In this document: positions 1-9,594 of the stretch, piece after piece
How the letters are laid out: each line of letters begins with the position of its first letter
Position numbering within the stretch: position 1 is the stretch's first letter
Made by a program: the position numbers and the translations under genes
The notes under the pieces: model-generated
The model's database searches: none
Seen by the model: only the letters and a program-made list of their open reading frames with translations
Told to the model about the DNA's origin: nothing
Assembly (NCBI GenBank): GCA_045594785.1
Contig: JAZNZE010000054.1
Span: forward strand, 52,091 to 116,090
DNA from: Eubacteriales bacterium
GTDB lineage: Bacteria; Bacillota; Clostridia; Oscillospirales; CAG-272
DNA: 64,000 bases
Direction of reading: 5' to 3'

Positions 1-787
1 CCTCAGAGCTGCCCTTCACCAGTGTCGCTCTGAAAAACGGCTGCTCTGAAAAAGACCGGGCGAGAGCCGCTTCCGCTTCTTCGGCAACATAAAACTCTCC
101 GTCCTCTTCAAATATTCTTGCCGTAGGAATTTCTTCTCCATCGTCAAGCTTAGCGCTATAAAAGGCTATAAGCTCACCGTCAGGCTCGTCATCGGGATAA
201 TTAAGCCGCTCTCCCGAAATATAAACCGCCTTGAAGCTTGAATTTCTCTTCCATTCCTCAAGTGAGGATATTATGCAATCTGCAACCTGCTCGGGTGATG
301 CAACGGTGGTGTCAACTATCAAAGTATAATTTGACAAATCCTTTATATCAACGCCGTACTGCGTTTTATATCTCTTTTTCTCGCTTTCTCTTCGCGCCTT
401 AGTATCATTTACGGTTTCTTCAAGAGTAGCAGCGTGCTCCCCTTGCCTGTTTGCGCCCATTATACGAATCGCACTGGTTTCAACGTCTGTAGAAAGATAC
501 ACCTTGAAAGTTCCCTTTGTAAAGTGCCAAGCCATTCTGGAATCTATAACCATGCACTTGTTCTCTTTTCCGAGCTCTACAAGTCCGTTATCTATTTCGT
601 TGTCTATCTCGGGGTGAGTTTCCATATACACATTAAGCTCAACCACGCTCATTCCGTGACGTGCGGCAATCGAGCGAACTATCGCACCGGTGGAATAATA
701 CTCCGCACCGAGCTTCTCTATCAAAATATTCGCTACCGTGCTTTTTCCGCTGCCGAGATCTCCTGCGAGTGAAATTTTATCTGCCAT
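1..787 (-). CDS. P-loop NMP-kinase, cytidylate-kinase-like family protein (3' end runs off the window)
   Basis: Own minus-strand translation from ATG at 787 (GGAGG RBS at 792-796): MADKISLAGDLGSGKSTVANILIEKLGAEYYSTGAIVRSIAARHG... Walker A is GDLGSGKST. The frame stays open to base 1. It is missing from the ORF track because it has no stop in the window. Confidence 0.6.
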   Translation of the reverse strand, partial: MADKISLAGDLGSGKSTVANILIEKLGAEYYSTGAIVRSIAARHGMSVVELNVYMETHPEIDNEIDNGLVELGKENKCMVIDSRMAWHFTKGTFKVYLSTDVETSAIRIMGANRQGEHAATLEETVNDTKARRESEKKRYKTQYGVDIKDLSNYTLIVDTTVASPEQVADCIISSLEEWKRNSSFKAVYISGERLNYPDDEPDGELIAFYSAKLDDGEEIPTARIFEEDGEFYVAEEAEAALARSFSEQPFFRATLVKGSSE

Positions 788-993
788 TTAAGCCTCCGAT
801 TTTCAAATATGTTCCTAAAACAATATTATAAATCAAAAACGGCTGTTTTGTCAATATATTTTAGCGTAATATTTTATTTATATTAAGACAAAAATACGGC
901 TTTCCAAGAAAAGAAATTTATTTTTACCTCGGGTGAATAAAGAGTGCAAAATGCGGAAAAATACAACTGTATTTCAAGGAAAGGAAACCAAAA

Positions 994-1707
994 ATGGAAA
1001 AGAAAATCAAATTCAGCGAAAATCCCAATTTGGCAAAAACCATTTACGGAATTATAATTGCCGTTCTCTGCATTACGGCAATAGTAATCGGTATAATAGC
1101 CGCAAACAACAGAAGTGACGACACGCTTCAAAACGATCCTCCCGCAAGCGACAATCAGCCCCCTGCTGACGAAACGCCCGGCGAAAATCCCCCGTCTGAT
1201 GACAAGCCCTCAGATGAAAAGCCAAACGAAGAGCCCCCCATAAAGAAGCCCGAAAAGAAAAGCTTTCTCGCACCCGTAGCAGGAAGTGTTATTAAAGGAC
1301 ACAGCCTAACAATTCCCGTATTCTCCACAACGCTGGAAGAATGGAGGGTTCACTCGGGAATCGATATAAGCTGCGATGAGGGCGCAGAGGTTTTTGCTGC
1401 GTTTGACGGAACTGTGAGCGAAGTATACACCGATCCCTTACTCGGCTGCACCGTAGTAATAGATCACGGCTCTGACGTAAAGAGCATATACTCTAACCTT
1501 GTAAATGACGATACTCTTGCAGCTGTAGGCACGAAAATCAACGCGGGAGATTCGATAGGTACGGTGGGAGATACATCTCTCTCCGAGCTTGCAGAAGAGC
1601 CGCATCTTCATTTCGAGGTCAGCGTGAACGGTGTAAAGGCAGACCCCCTCGAATATATTTCAGATGAATCCAAGTCCGCCTCACTCAGCATTACTCTCCA
1701 GAAATAA
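994..1707 (+). CDS. M23 family (LytM-like) metallopeptidase with N-terminal TM anchor and Pro/Asp-rich linker
   Basis: Motifs HSGIDISCDEGAEVFAAFDGTV, VIDHGSDVKSIYSNL and EPHLHFEV are typical of peptidase M23. One N-terminal hydrophobic helix. Confidence 0.85.
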   Translation: MEKKIKFSENPNLAKTIYGIIIAVLCITAIVIGIIAANNRSDDTLQNDPPASDNQPPADETPGENPPSDDKPSDEKPNEEPPIKKPEKKSFLAPVAGSVIKGHSLTIPVFSTTLEEWRVHSGIDISCDEGAEVFAAFDGTVSEVYTDPLLGCTVVIDHGSDVKSIYSNLVNDDTLAAVGTKINAGDSIGTVGDTSLSELAEEPHLHFEVSVNGVKADPLEYISDESKSASLSITLQK

Positions 1708-2962
1708 GAAGTCCGGAGCGCTCCGACAGATGCTTTATTCTGTCGGAGTTTTTTATAAGCGCGGAGAGACTTATTAGGGAGAGAAACAAAAGAAGAAAAT
1801 CGGTTACACCGATAAGGTAATCTCCTGTAACGTATGCTCCCAAAAAGACAGAAATAAGAAACAGTGAAACGAAAGCTCTGCCGCTCTTTGCGTTCAGAAG
1901 ATATTCGTAAGCAAAGCTGCCGTAATAATACCAACATATAATCGTAGAGTATGCAAATGCAAAAATGCAGACGAATATAAAATACTCGGAAACTCCTCCA
2001 AGCGTACCTCCGATTCCGGAAAGTATAATGCCTACTCCCGTAAGTCCGCCGAAATCATCAACAGACACCAGGGTTGCAAACGCTGTAAGCATACATAAAA
2101 TTACCGTATCAAAAACGACCTCGAGCATACCCATAACACCAACCGAACCAGGATCTCTTGATTCGTTTTTTGCGTGGGCAATGGAAGATGTTCCTGCTCC
2201 CGCTTCATTAGAAAGTATGCCTCTCAAATACCCTTCCTTTATTTTGTCCGAGACTAAAAATCCAAAGATACCCCCAGCTGCACTTTCCGGCTTAAACGCA
2301 CTTTTAACAACAGATAAAAAAGCATTTGGCAGTCTTTCAACATTGGCTATGATAGTTGTGAAAGCCAAGAAAATGTAAATTACAGTTGTCATAGGTATAA
2401 GAAAAGACGTAATTTTTTCAATTTTCCTTTTCCTGCCTACTATAGCTATAAGCAAAGCGAGAAAAAGAAATACAGAAGTAACGGAAGGCGAAATGCCAAG
2501 CGCAATTTCAGCGCACTGAGCAATACTGGCGCTCTGCAGTGCCGAGCCCATAACAAAAGAAAGCGCCAGCATGAGAGCCGCGTAAAGCATCGACAAAAGA
2601 TGTGAGTGACGCCCGAAGCTTTTTGCAATTACTCCTATCATTCCTTTGCCGTCTCCGAAATCCGAAGAAAGCGAGCTCTCGCAGAATTTTATAGTCATTG
2701 CAAAAAGCGAGGAAAGAAAAAGCCAAAAAACAGCTCCCGCTCCGCCCACCGATATGCCTACGGCAACACCTACTATATTTCCAACGCCGAGAGTCCCCGC
2801 AAGCGCCAGTGCAACGGAAGAAAAAGCATTTTTTCCTTTAAATCCCAAAATGATTTTGCCTGCCGTTTTTTTAGGATGAAAAATAAAGAAAAAGCGAAGT
2901 TTAAACAAAAAGTACAACCCTGACAGGCTCACCGCCAGGGGCATAACGTATAAAATTTTCAT
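1691..2962 (-). CDS. Alanine/glycine:cation symporter (AGCS) family transporter
   Basis: LAGTLGVGNIVGVAVGISVGGAGAVFWLF matches the AGCS signature (GxGNIxGVAxAIxxGGPGAxFWMW). Multi-TM protein with GGAGG RBS. Its 3' end overlaps the convergent M23 gene by 17 bp. Confidence 0.8.
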   Translation of the reverse strand: MKILYVMPLAVSLSGLYFLFKLRFFFIFHPKKTAGKIILGFKGKNAFSSVALALAGTLGVGNIVGVAVGISVGGAGAVFWLFLSSLFAMTIKFCESSLSSDFGDGKGMIGVIAKSFGRHSHLLSMLYAALMLALSFVMGSALQSASIAQCAEIALGISPSVTSVFLFLALLIAIVGRKRKIEKITSFLIPMTTVIYIFLAFTTIIANVERLPNAFLSVVKSAFKPESAAGGIFGFLVSDKIKEGYLRGILSNEAGAGTSSIAHAKNESRDPGSVGVMGMLEVVFDTVILCMLTAFATLVSVDDFGGLTGVGIILSGIGGTLGGVSEYFIFVCIFAFAYSTIICWYYYGSFAYEYLLNAKSGRAFVSLFLISVFLGAYVTGDYLIGVTDFLLLFLSLISLSALIKNSDRIKHLSERSGLLISGE

Positions 2963-3003
2963 AAAAAAAGCCTCCGCACAACATTATGCGAAGACTCTTT
3001 TCT

Positions 3004-3963
3004 TTATTCGGATTTATGAATTATATCAGCCGCTTTCATTACTTTTTTTGTAACTTCGAGATACGGCAAATAATCAATTTTTCCCTCGGTCATTTTTTTG
3101 AATTCAGCTATTTCATATATCATATTATTCTCTGCCGGAGTGTATTCAAGCCTAAGCTTATCCTTTCCGCGAGGCTTTATATAAATTTCTGACGGCTCAC
3201 TTATTTTATCTATGATAAGGGTTGCCTCCTCGCCCTCTATAACGGACGCTGATACGCTATCGGTAATTTTTGAATAAGAGACGGTTACAAGCTTATCACC
3301 GTAACCGAGAGTAGAAACACCCATACCCAGAAAACCATTTTCAAGATAAACCTTTTTTGAGATTATATCTTCTGGCTCGCCAAAAAGCTCTGTGGCAAGC
3401 CAGAGCGGATAAACTCCGATGTCAGACAACGCGCTGTTACCTATTTCGGAATTAAAAGCATTTTCCACTGTACCTGCCTTAAACTTATCGTAACGCGAGG
3501 AATACTGACAAAACTCAAGACTTGCCCTGCGAATTTTGCCAAGCTTTGAAAGTGACGCCTTTATTATTCCGAGTGCCGGGTCAAACGCAGGACGCATTGC
3601 TTCCAGCAGCACAAGTTTTTTATCCATAGATACGTTCACCATTTCTGAAAGCTCAGAAAATGAGAGTGCTATTGATTTTTCACACAGAACGTGCTTTCCT
3701 GCCATCATCGCATTAATAGAATGCTCTTTGTGAAGAAAGGTAGGAGAGGCAACGTATACCGCATCTATATCATTATCATTAAGCGCTTCATTATAGCTTG
3801 TATACACTTTGTTTATTCCGTATTTTTGTGCGAAGGCATTACCCGTGTCAATATTTCGGGAATAAACCGCAAGCACCTCAACGTCATTTAAGGCTCTTAC
3901 CGCAAGACAAAATTTATCGCTTATAAAATTCGTTCCTACTACTAAAAAACCAAGCTTTTTCAT
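3004..3963 (-). CDS. Gfo/Idh/MocA family NAD(P)-dependent oxidoreductase
   Basis: MKKLGFLVVGTNFISDKF Rossmann N-terminus and an EKSIAL-type motif. I trimmed the start from the track's 4026 to ATG 3963, which overlaps the upstream stop by 4 bp. Confidence 0.75.
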   Translation of the reverse strand: MKKLGFLVVGTNFISDKFCLAVRALNDVEVLAVYSRNIDTGNAFAQKYGINKVYTSYNEALNDNDIDAVYVASPTFLHKEHSINAMMAGKHVLCEKSIALSFSELSEMVNVSMDKKLVLLEAMRPAFDPALGIIKASLSKLGKIRRASLEFCQYSSRYDKFKAGTVENAFNSEIGNSALSDIGVYPLWLATELFGEPEDIISKKVYLENGFLGMGVSTLGYGDKLVTVSYSKITDSVSASVIEGEEATLIIDKISEPSEIYIKPRGKDKLRLEYTPAENNMIYEIAEFKKMTEGKIDYLPYLEVTKKVMKAADIIHKSE

Positions 3964-4439
3964 TCCGGCAAAATCATTATAACGGCAAAAATTATTACGG
4001 CTAAAAATACTGCAAAACATACCCAATTAAGTATTTTATCAAAAAGCTTTTCCGTTTTTTTATCCTTTTCGTCAAGTTGCTTATCCTCTTCGGTTTCAAG
4101 AAGCTCCTCAGGGACGTCAAGAAGCTCCCCGTCCCGTTCCTCGTCCATAGAAAAATCGTAGGTGCCGTTTTTTATTTCTTTAGCTCTCTGCCCTGCAGCA
4201 GAGAAAATCTCTTTGACGGTTTCCGTCACTAAGCTATCATCGATATCGCAAACCGAAAGCTTACGTGAAATCTCTGCCATTGCAGATTCAATTTCTTCCG
4301 GCTCCTTTGCTCCGATAACCGTATCTATATCCTCAGCGCACTCGGCACACAGATATCTGGGATTTCCGAATCCACCCATAGTAAGTATAGGTGAGTTTTC
4401 TTCATCTACCTCTTTTTTGCAAATAGAGCAATGTCTCAT
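3960..4439 (-). CDS. Hypothetical zinc-ribbon protein with acidic middle and C-terminal TM anchor
   Basis: CSIC...CAEC pair near the N-terminus and a C-terminal hydrophobic segment WVCFAVFLAVIIFAVIMIL. Translationally coupled on both sides by 4-bp overlaps. Confidence 0.55.
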   Translation of the reverse strand: MRHCSICKKEVDEENSPILTMGGFGNPRYLCAECAEDIDTVIGAKEPEEIESAMAEISRKLSVCDIDDSLVTETVKEIFSAAGQRAKEIKNGTYDFSMDEERDGELLDVPEELLETEEDKQLDEKDKKTEKLFDKILNWVCFAVFLAVIIFAVIMILPE

Positions 4440-4579
4440 TTTCCCTTAAGCGCCTTGCGTACCTCTGCAAGATATTCCTCTCTTAGATTTTTTTGCTCTG
4501 CCTTTTCCTCTTCGGTAAGAGAACGAGCCTTTGAAATGCGAGCAAGCTCGTTTATTCTATCTACCTTTATTTTTTCCAT
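4436..4579 (-). CDS. DUF896 (UPF0291/YnzC-like) small protein
   Basis: MEKIKVDRINELARISKARSLTEEEKAEQKNLREEYLAEVRKALKGK is a typical DUF896 sequence. Start trimmed from 4663 to ATG 4579, just after the sdaA stop at 4581. Confidence 0.7.
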   Translation of the reverse strand: MEKIKVDRINELARISKARSLTEEEKAEQKNLREEYLAEVRKALKGK

Positions 4580-4580
4580 C

Positions 4581-5786
4581 TTAGGTAACCTTTCCGTAAT
4601 GCTTGGCAAGACCTCCGCCTGCAGTTTCACGATAAAGATGTGAGAGGTCCTTGCCGGTTTCATACATAGTTTTTATAACCAAATCGAGAGATATTTTTCT
4701 TGAGCCGGACAAAAAGTTTGCAAGGCTCATAGCGTTTATAGCTCTCATTGCTGCTACCGCGTTTCTCTCGATACAGGGAATTTGCACAAGTCCGCAGATA
4801 GGGTCGCAGGTGAGGCCGAGATGATGCTCAAAAGCAATTTCGGCAGCATACTCTATCTGATCAATTCCCATTTCAAAAAGCTCGCCTAGCGCAGCTGACG
4901 CCATAGAACAGGCAGTTCCTATTTCTGCCTGACAGCCACATTCAGCACCGCTTATCGATGCGTTAGTTTTTGTCAAAGTTCCGATAAGCCCTGCCGTAGC
5001 CAGTGCTCTTATAACGCTTTTATCGTCAAAGCCATGCTTTTCCTGCATATATTTAAGAACCGAGGGTAATACCGCACAAGCACCGCAGGTGGGCGCTGTG
5101 ACTATAGTGCCGTTGTCGGCATTCTCTTCGCTGACTGCGTAAGCATAGGAGCAGACTATCCTGTTCTCCCTTGTGACCGGGCTTTCGTCTATATGACGCT
5201 GATTATAGAGATACTGTGCCTTTCTTTCCACGTTAAGTCCTCCGGGAAGCACGCCTGAGGTGGTAAGACCTCTGTGTATCGCTGCCTTCATATTTTCCCA
5301 TACGTCATAGAGAAATGACTGTATTCCTTCTCCCTCGCGCAAAAAGACGAAATCCGAAAGTCTGATTCCCTCGGCCTTGCACTTCTCTGCTATCTCGGAA
5401 AACGAGCTTTCGGGGTAAATATCCGATACACCAAAATCTTCTCTGCCGAGAATTTTTATATCACCGCCGCCAACAGAAAGAACCCTCATAGAGTTAATGC
5501 GCTCTCCCGATTTTATAGCGAAAATATCCATTGTATTTTCGTGGGGAAGATTTTTTGTCTCGGTATCAAATATTATCTTTACCCTTTTTTCCTGTGCAAC
5601 CGCAGTTATTGCTACGTCAGTACCGTGTCCTCGCCCGGTATCCGCCAGAGAGCCGTACAGAATAGCCTCGTAGCTATCTGCATCACCGTTTTCAGAAACA
5701 AAGACGGACATTGCCTTTGCCGGTCCCATAGTGTGAGAGCTGGACGGTCCCTTTCCGATTTTGTATATATCCTTTATTGATTTCAT
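4581..5786 (-). CDS. sdaA: L-serine ammonia-lyase (iron-sulfur dependent L-serine dehydratase), single-chain form
   Basis: N-terminus MKSIKDIYKIGKGPSSSHTMGP, plus the CGACA and ECGCQAEIG cysteine motifs typical of SdaA. ATG at 5786; the track start at 5795 is a GTG. Confidence 0.85.
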   Translation of the reverse strand: MKSIKDIYKIGKGPSSSHTMGPAKAMSVFVSENGDADSYEAILYGSLADTGRGHGTDVAITAVAQEKRVKIIFDTETKNLPHENTMDIFAIKSGERINSMRVLSVGGGDIKILGREDFGVSDIYPESSFSEIAEKCKAEGIRLSDFVFLREGEGIQSFLYDVWENMKAAIHRGLTTSGVLPGGLNVERKAQYLYNQRHIDESPVTRENRIVCSYAYAVSEENADNGTIVTAPTCGACAVLPSVLKYMQEKHGFDDKSVIRALATAGLIGTLTKTNASISGAECGCQAEIGTACSMASAALGELFEMGIDQIEYAAEIAFEHHLGLTCDPICGLVQIPCIERNAVAAMRAINAMSLANFLSGSRKISLDLVIKTMYETGKDLSHLYRETAGGGLAKHYGKVT

Positions 5787-5955
5787 AAGTAGCACGCCTG
5801 CCTTAATTTTAAATTATCACAGTTGTATTTTACCACATAGCGAGGATTTTGTCAACAGACCGGCTCTTTTCTGTTCCGTTATGGTTGTTTTATTATATTT
5901 TTCGCCATTTTTCGAAGAAATCTTCAGAGCACTTACTCTTCTTTTTCTGTAAGTA

Positions 5956-5984
5956 TTGACTTTTTTTGGCGGGTGTAGTATAAT
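5956..5984 (+). promoter_or_regulatory. Sigma-A-type promoter upstream of trkA
   Basis: TTGACT (5956-5961), 17-bp spacer, TATAAT (5979-5984), about 38 bp upstream of the trkA ATG. Confidence 0.55.
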
Positions 5985-6022
5985 AATACCCAATTAAAAT
6001 ATCTTTTAAAAAGGAGTATATT

Positions 6023-7378
6023 ATGAATATAATTATCGTTGGTTGCAGCCGTGTCGGTGAAACTCTTGCCGCAGAGCTTGTCAACGAAGATAACAATATT
6101 ACTATGATAGACCTCTCCAGCGAAAAGATAAAGGATATCACCTCTCGCTACGATGTTATGGGCATTGTCGGAAACGGTGCTACTCATAAAACACAAGAGG
6201 AAGCCGGTATAAACGAAGCCGACCTCCTTATAGCCGTTACAGATTCGGACGAGCTAAATCTTCTCTGCTGTATGATTGCGAAAAAAACCGGCAGCTGCCG
6301 TGTTATAGCCAGGGTAATCAGCCCCGAATACAACACAGAGGCATCTTACCTGAAAAATGAATTAGGGCTTGAAATGATAATCAACCCTGAGTTTGAATCA
6401 GCAAAAGAAATAGCAAGAATACTAAGATTTCCTTCAGCTATGAAAATTGAGACCTTCTCGGGAGGAAAGGTTGAGCTTCTCACCTTTAAGCTTCCCGAAA
6501 ACAGCCCGATGGTTGGAATGTGGCTGAAGGACGTTATAATAAGGCTTAAGGTTAACGTCTTGATATGTACGGTAGAAAGAGACGGAGAAGCGCATATTCC
6601 CAACGGTAATTTCGTTTTCAGAGGCAAGGACGTAATTTCCATAGTTGCATCACACAGAGACGCATACGATTTTTTTGAAAAAATAGATTATAATCTTCAT
6701 TCGGTCAAAAGTGCTATTATTGCCGGCGGAGGAGATATAACGCATTATCTTTGCTCTATGCTCAACCGCACTATTGACCTTAAGGTTATAGAAAAGGATT
6801 TCGAAATCTGCGAGGAGCTTGCAAAAGAATTCAAAAACGTTACCGTCATTTGCGGTGATGAAAAAGACCACGAGCTTCTCATTGAAGAAGGAATTTCTTC
6901 CTGCGATGCTTTCGTTTCTGCAAGCAAAAGAGATGAGGAAAACATTCTGCTTTCTCTGTTTGCAAAAAATTCGGGAAACGGTAAAATAGTTACAAAGATT
7001 AACAGAACCGATTATGACGATATTATAAAGCATCTCGACCTCGACAGCTCGATTTATCCCAAGGGAATCACATCCGATATGATTCTCAGGTACGTAAGAG
7101 CTACAAAGAATGCTTTTGGAAGCAACGTAGAAACTATGTATAACGTAATAAAAGGTAAGGTTGAGGCTTCGGAATTCAAGGTTACTGCAGGCTCACCAAT
7201 ATGCTCTGCTCCTCTTATGCAGCTTCATTTTAAAAAGGACGTGCTTGTCGGAGCAATACTTCGTAAAGGCGAGCTTATTATCCCCAGAGGAAGTGACGTT
7301 ATTCTTCCGAACGATTCTGTAATAATAGTATCAAAAATTCTCGGACTGAGAGACATATCCGATATTCTGGCGGATTAA
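6023..7378 (+). CDS. trkA: Trk potassium uptake system, NAD-binding peripheral subunit TrkA (two tandem RCK units)
   Basis: MNIIIVGCSRVGETLA and a second AIIAGGGDITHYL Rossmann motif. 451 aa, immediately followed by trkH. Confidence 0.9.
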   Translation: MNIIIVGCSRVGETLAAELVNEDNNITMIDLSSEKIKDITSRYDVMGIVGNGATHKTQEEAGINEADLLIAVTDSDELNLLCCMIAKKTGSCRVIARVISPEYNTEASYLKNELGLEMIINPEFESAKEIARILRFPSAMKIETFSGGKVELLTFKLPENSPMVGMWLKDVIIRLKVNVLICTVERDGEAHIPNGNFVFRGKDVISIVASHRDAYDFFEKIDYNLHSVKSAIIAGGGDITHYLCSMLNRTIDLKVIEKDFEICEELAKEFKNVTVICGDEKDHELLIEEGISSCDAFVSASKRDEENILLSLFAKNSGNGKIVTKINRTDYDDIIKHLDLDSSIYPKGITSDMILRYVRATKNAFGSNVETMYNVIKGKVEASEFKVTAGSPICSAPLMQLHFKKDVLVGAILRKGELIIPRGSDVILPNDSVIIVSKILGLRDISDILAD

Positions 7379-7389
7379 GAGGATTTATT

Positions 7390-8829
7390 ATGAATTACAG
7401 AATGATAAAATATACTCTCGGGTGGCTTTTGCTTTTTGAGACGGGATTTTTTCTTATACCGTTACTGACCGCCCTTATTTACAGAGAAAACGCAGTATTC
7501 TCTATTCTGATTTCAATGGCTATAACGGCACTTGCGGCAGGCGTTTGTCTTCTCGGGAAGCCGAGCAACAGAAAGCTATACGCCAGAGACGGCTTCGTCA
7601 TAGTTGCGCTCAGCTGGATTTTTCTTAGTATTTTCGGTGCTTTGCCCTTCGTTATATCCGGCTCTATACCAAATTATATAGACGCGCTTTTTGAAACGGT
7701 TTCCGGATTCACTACCACGGGCGCATCAATTCTTGCCGAGGTTGAAGGTCTTCCAAAATCAATTCTTATGTGGAGAAGCTTCACTCACTGGGTTGGCGGT
7801 ATGGGAGTTCTCGTTTTCATTATGGCGTTCATTCCCCTAAGCGGAGGAAGAAATCTTCATATTATGAAGGCGGAGAGCCCCGGTCCTGAGGTTTCAAAGC
7901 TAGTACCGAAAATGAAAACTACGGCTTTGATACTTTACGTAATCTATTTCGTTCTCACCTTAGCACAGTTTATAATACTGCTTTTTGGAAAAATGAGCGT
8001 TTTCGATGCGCTGAATACCGCTTTTGCAACCGCCGGAACCGGAGGCTTTGGATTTAAAAACGACAGCTTTGCCTCCCATTCCCCCTTTATACAAGTAGTT
8101 GTCACGGTATTTATGCTGATTTTTTCCCTTAATTTCAGCTCTTATTATCTTCTTTTCAAAGGAAAGGTTAAGGACGCTTTTAATCTGGAACTTAGAGTCT
8201 TTTGCTACATCGTGCTGGCTTCAATTGCCATAATCTCGGTAAACCTTATCCTTTCGGACACCATAACCGACATCGGTGATTCTATTCGCCATTCGGCTTT
8301 TTCCGTTGCATCTATTATCTCGACAACCGGATTTACTACCGTTAACTTCGACCTCTGGCCTACGCTTTCAAAGGTCGTGCTGGTTCTTATAATGTTTATC
8401 GGTGCTTGCGCCGGAAGCACCGGCGGCGGAATTAAGGTTTCAAGAATCGTTATTCTTATCAAGGGTGTTATCAGAGAATTCAGATATGCGCTCAATCCAA
8501 GACAGGTAAAAAAGATAAGCATTGACTCAAAGCCGATTGAAGATGAGGTCGTAAGAAGCGTCAATTCTTATATAGTATGCTATATAGTAGTTTTTGTCGT
8601 TTCGGTTTTTGCTATATCGTTTGAAGGGCACGACCTTGTAACAACATTCACCTCGGTTGCGGCAACTATAAACAATATCGGTCCGGGTCTTGGAAAGGTA
8701 GGTCCTGCAGGCAATTTTGCTTTCTTCTCTGTTCCATCCAAGCTTATCCTTATTTTTGATATGCTTGCAGGAAGACTTGAGCTTTTGCCAATGCTGCTTC
8801 TCTTCCACCCCACAACCTGGAAAAAGTAA
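7390..8829 (+). CDS. trkH: Trk/Ktr potassium transporter membrane subunit TrkH
   Basis: Polytopic protein with repeated selectivity-filter-like motifs SGFTTTGAS, ATAGTGGFG, STTGFTT and GSTGGGIK. Confidence 0.9.
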   Translation: MNYRMIKYTLGWLLLFETGFFLIPLLTALIYRENAVFSILISMAITALAAGVCLLGKPSNRKLYARDGFVIVALSWIFLSIFGALPFVISGSIPNYIDALFETVSGFTTTGASILAEVEGLPKSILMWRSFTHWVGGMGVLVFIMAFIPLSGGRNLHIMKAESPGPEVSKLVPKMKTTALILYVIYFVLTLAQFIILLFGKMSVFDALNTAFATAGTGGFGFKNDSFASHSPFIQVVVTVFMLIFSLNFSSYYLLFKGKVKDAFNLELRVFCYIVLASIAIISVNLILSDTITDIGDSIRHSAFSVASIISTTGFTTVNFDLWPTLSKVVLVLIMFIGACAGSTGGGIKVSRIVILIKGVIREFRYALNPRQVKKISIDSKPIEDEVVRSVNSYIVCYIVVFVVSVFAISFEGHDLVTTFTSVAATINNIGPGLGKVGPAGNFAFFSVPSKLILIFDMLAGRLELLPMLLLFHPTTWKK

Positions 8830-8845
8830 TCTTTTGTTTACAAAA

Positions 8846-8881
8846 ACAAGCTTTCAGAATCCTTGAGTTCTGAAAGCTTGT
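8846..8881. terminator. Bidirectional rho-independent terminator between trkH and the TetR gene
   Basis: Perfect 14-bp stem ACAAGCTTTCAGAA / TTCTGAAAGCTTGT, flanked by A-run and T-run. Confidence 0.8.
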
Positions 8882-8883
8882 TT

Positions 8884-9423
8884 TCATTTAAATTCTTCTT
8901 TTAGTTTTTTTCTGGTATGGTCGAGTATTTTTTCAGCGTTTTCGTCATTGAGCATAGACACAGCACCGTATATAAGAGCGAGTATCGTAAAGCACTTAAG
9001 TTCAGCTTCGCTTTCGTCAAGACCTACGGTTTTACAATATTCCAAAACCACCGTTTCAATGCTTTCGTCTATAGTTTTACCGGAGGCGCGAGTATGCGCA
9101 AGGGCAAGCGGAAAATTTCTGTTAGCTATTCTGAACCGAATATTTGCAATACATATTTCCTGTGCAAGTGCTGCGGGATCGCCCGAAAAAATCGCATAAA
9201 TTTCCTTTGAGAGCAAATCCCACTTTGAGCCTACGTACGAAATTATTTCATTTACGTATTCTTCCTTACTTTTAAAATGCCTGTAAGGAGCAGCACAAGA
9301 AACCTGAGCGCCTATTGCCGCACGTCTTAATGAAAAATCAGCTATTCCGTGCTCTTCGAGCTCGGCGATTCCGGATAGTATAAGCCTATGGCGAACGTTT
9401 TCCTCTACAAATCTATCTTCCAT
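8884..9423 (-). CDS. TetR/AcrR family transcriptional regulator
   Basis: N-terminal HTH region RHRLILSGIAELEEHGIADFSLRRAAIGAQVSCAAPYRHFKSKEE. ATG at 9423 preceded by GAGGTG; the track start at 9429 is a GTG. Confidence 0.85.
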   Translation of the reverse strand: MEDRFVEENVRHRLILSGIAELEEHGIADFSLRRAAIGAQVSCAAPYRHFKSKEEYVNEIISYVGSKWDLLSKEIYAIFSGDPAALAQEICIANIRFRIANRNFPLALAHTRASGKTIDESIETVVLEYCKTVGLDESEAELKCFTILALIYGAVSMLNDENAEKILDHTRKKLKEEFK

Positions 9424-9435
9424 ATCCACCTCAAA

Positions 9436-9450
9436 GTTAATAGTGTTAAC
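9436..9450. promoter_or_regulatory. Operator-like site O1 (GTTAATAGTGTTAAC), just downstream of the tetR -10
   Basis: It is the reverse complement of the 9554-9568 site with one mismatch, and is built from two GTTAAC-type half sites. Confidence 0.55.
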
Positions 9451-9479
9451 ATTCTATCATATAAAATTTATTTTTTCAA
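9451..9479 (-). promoter_or_regulatory. Putative promoter of the TetR gene
   Basis: On the minus strand: TTGAAA (9474-9479), 17-bp spacer, TAGAAT (9451-9456). Confidence 0.5.
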
Positions 9480-9508
9480 GTGTTTTTTCTATTTTTTTAT
9501 CAAAAGTA

Positions 9509-9536
9509 TTGACTTTTTTCCTCATTTGTTTATAAT
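9509..9536 (+). promoter_or_regulatory. Sigma-A-type promoter of the aromatic amino-acid operon
   Basis: TTGACT (9509-9514), 16-bp spacer, TATAAT (9531-9536). Confidence 0.65.
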
Positions 9537-9553
9537 AATAGTATATCGCTTTT

Positions 9554-9568
9554 GTTAACACTGTTAAC
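9554..9568. promoter_or_regulatory. Operator-like site O2 (GTTAACACTGTTAAC), between the pheA -10 and RBS
   Basis: Two GTTAAC hexamers separated by ACT. It matches the reverse complement of O1 at 14 of 15 positions. Confidence 0.55.
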
Positions 9569-9594
9569 TTGACAAAATAAAGGGAGATTTTGCT

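Noticed and set aside
434-772. 112-aa plus-strand ORF at the start of the window
   Set aside because: It lies antisense to the kinase-like gene, which has a Walker A motif and a GGAGG RBS.
9430-9594. T-box or attenuator leader upstream of the aromatic operon
   Set aside because: The whole intergenic region is 165 bp and is filled by two promoters and two operator-like sites. The leader of about 50 nt is too short for a T-box, and I saw no terminator/antiterminator hairpins.
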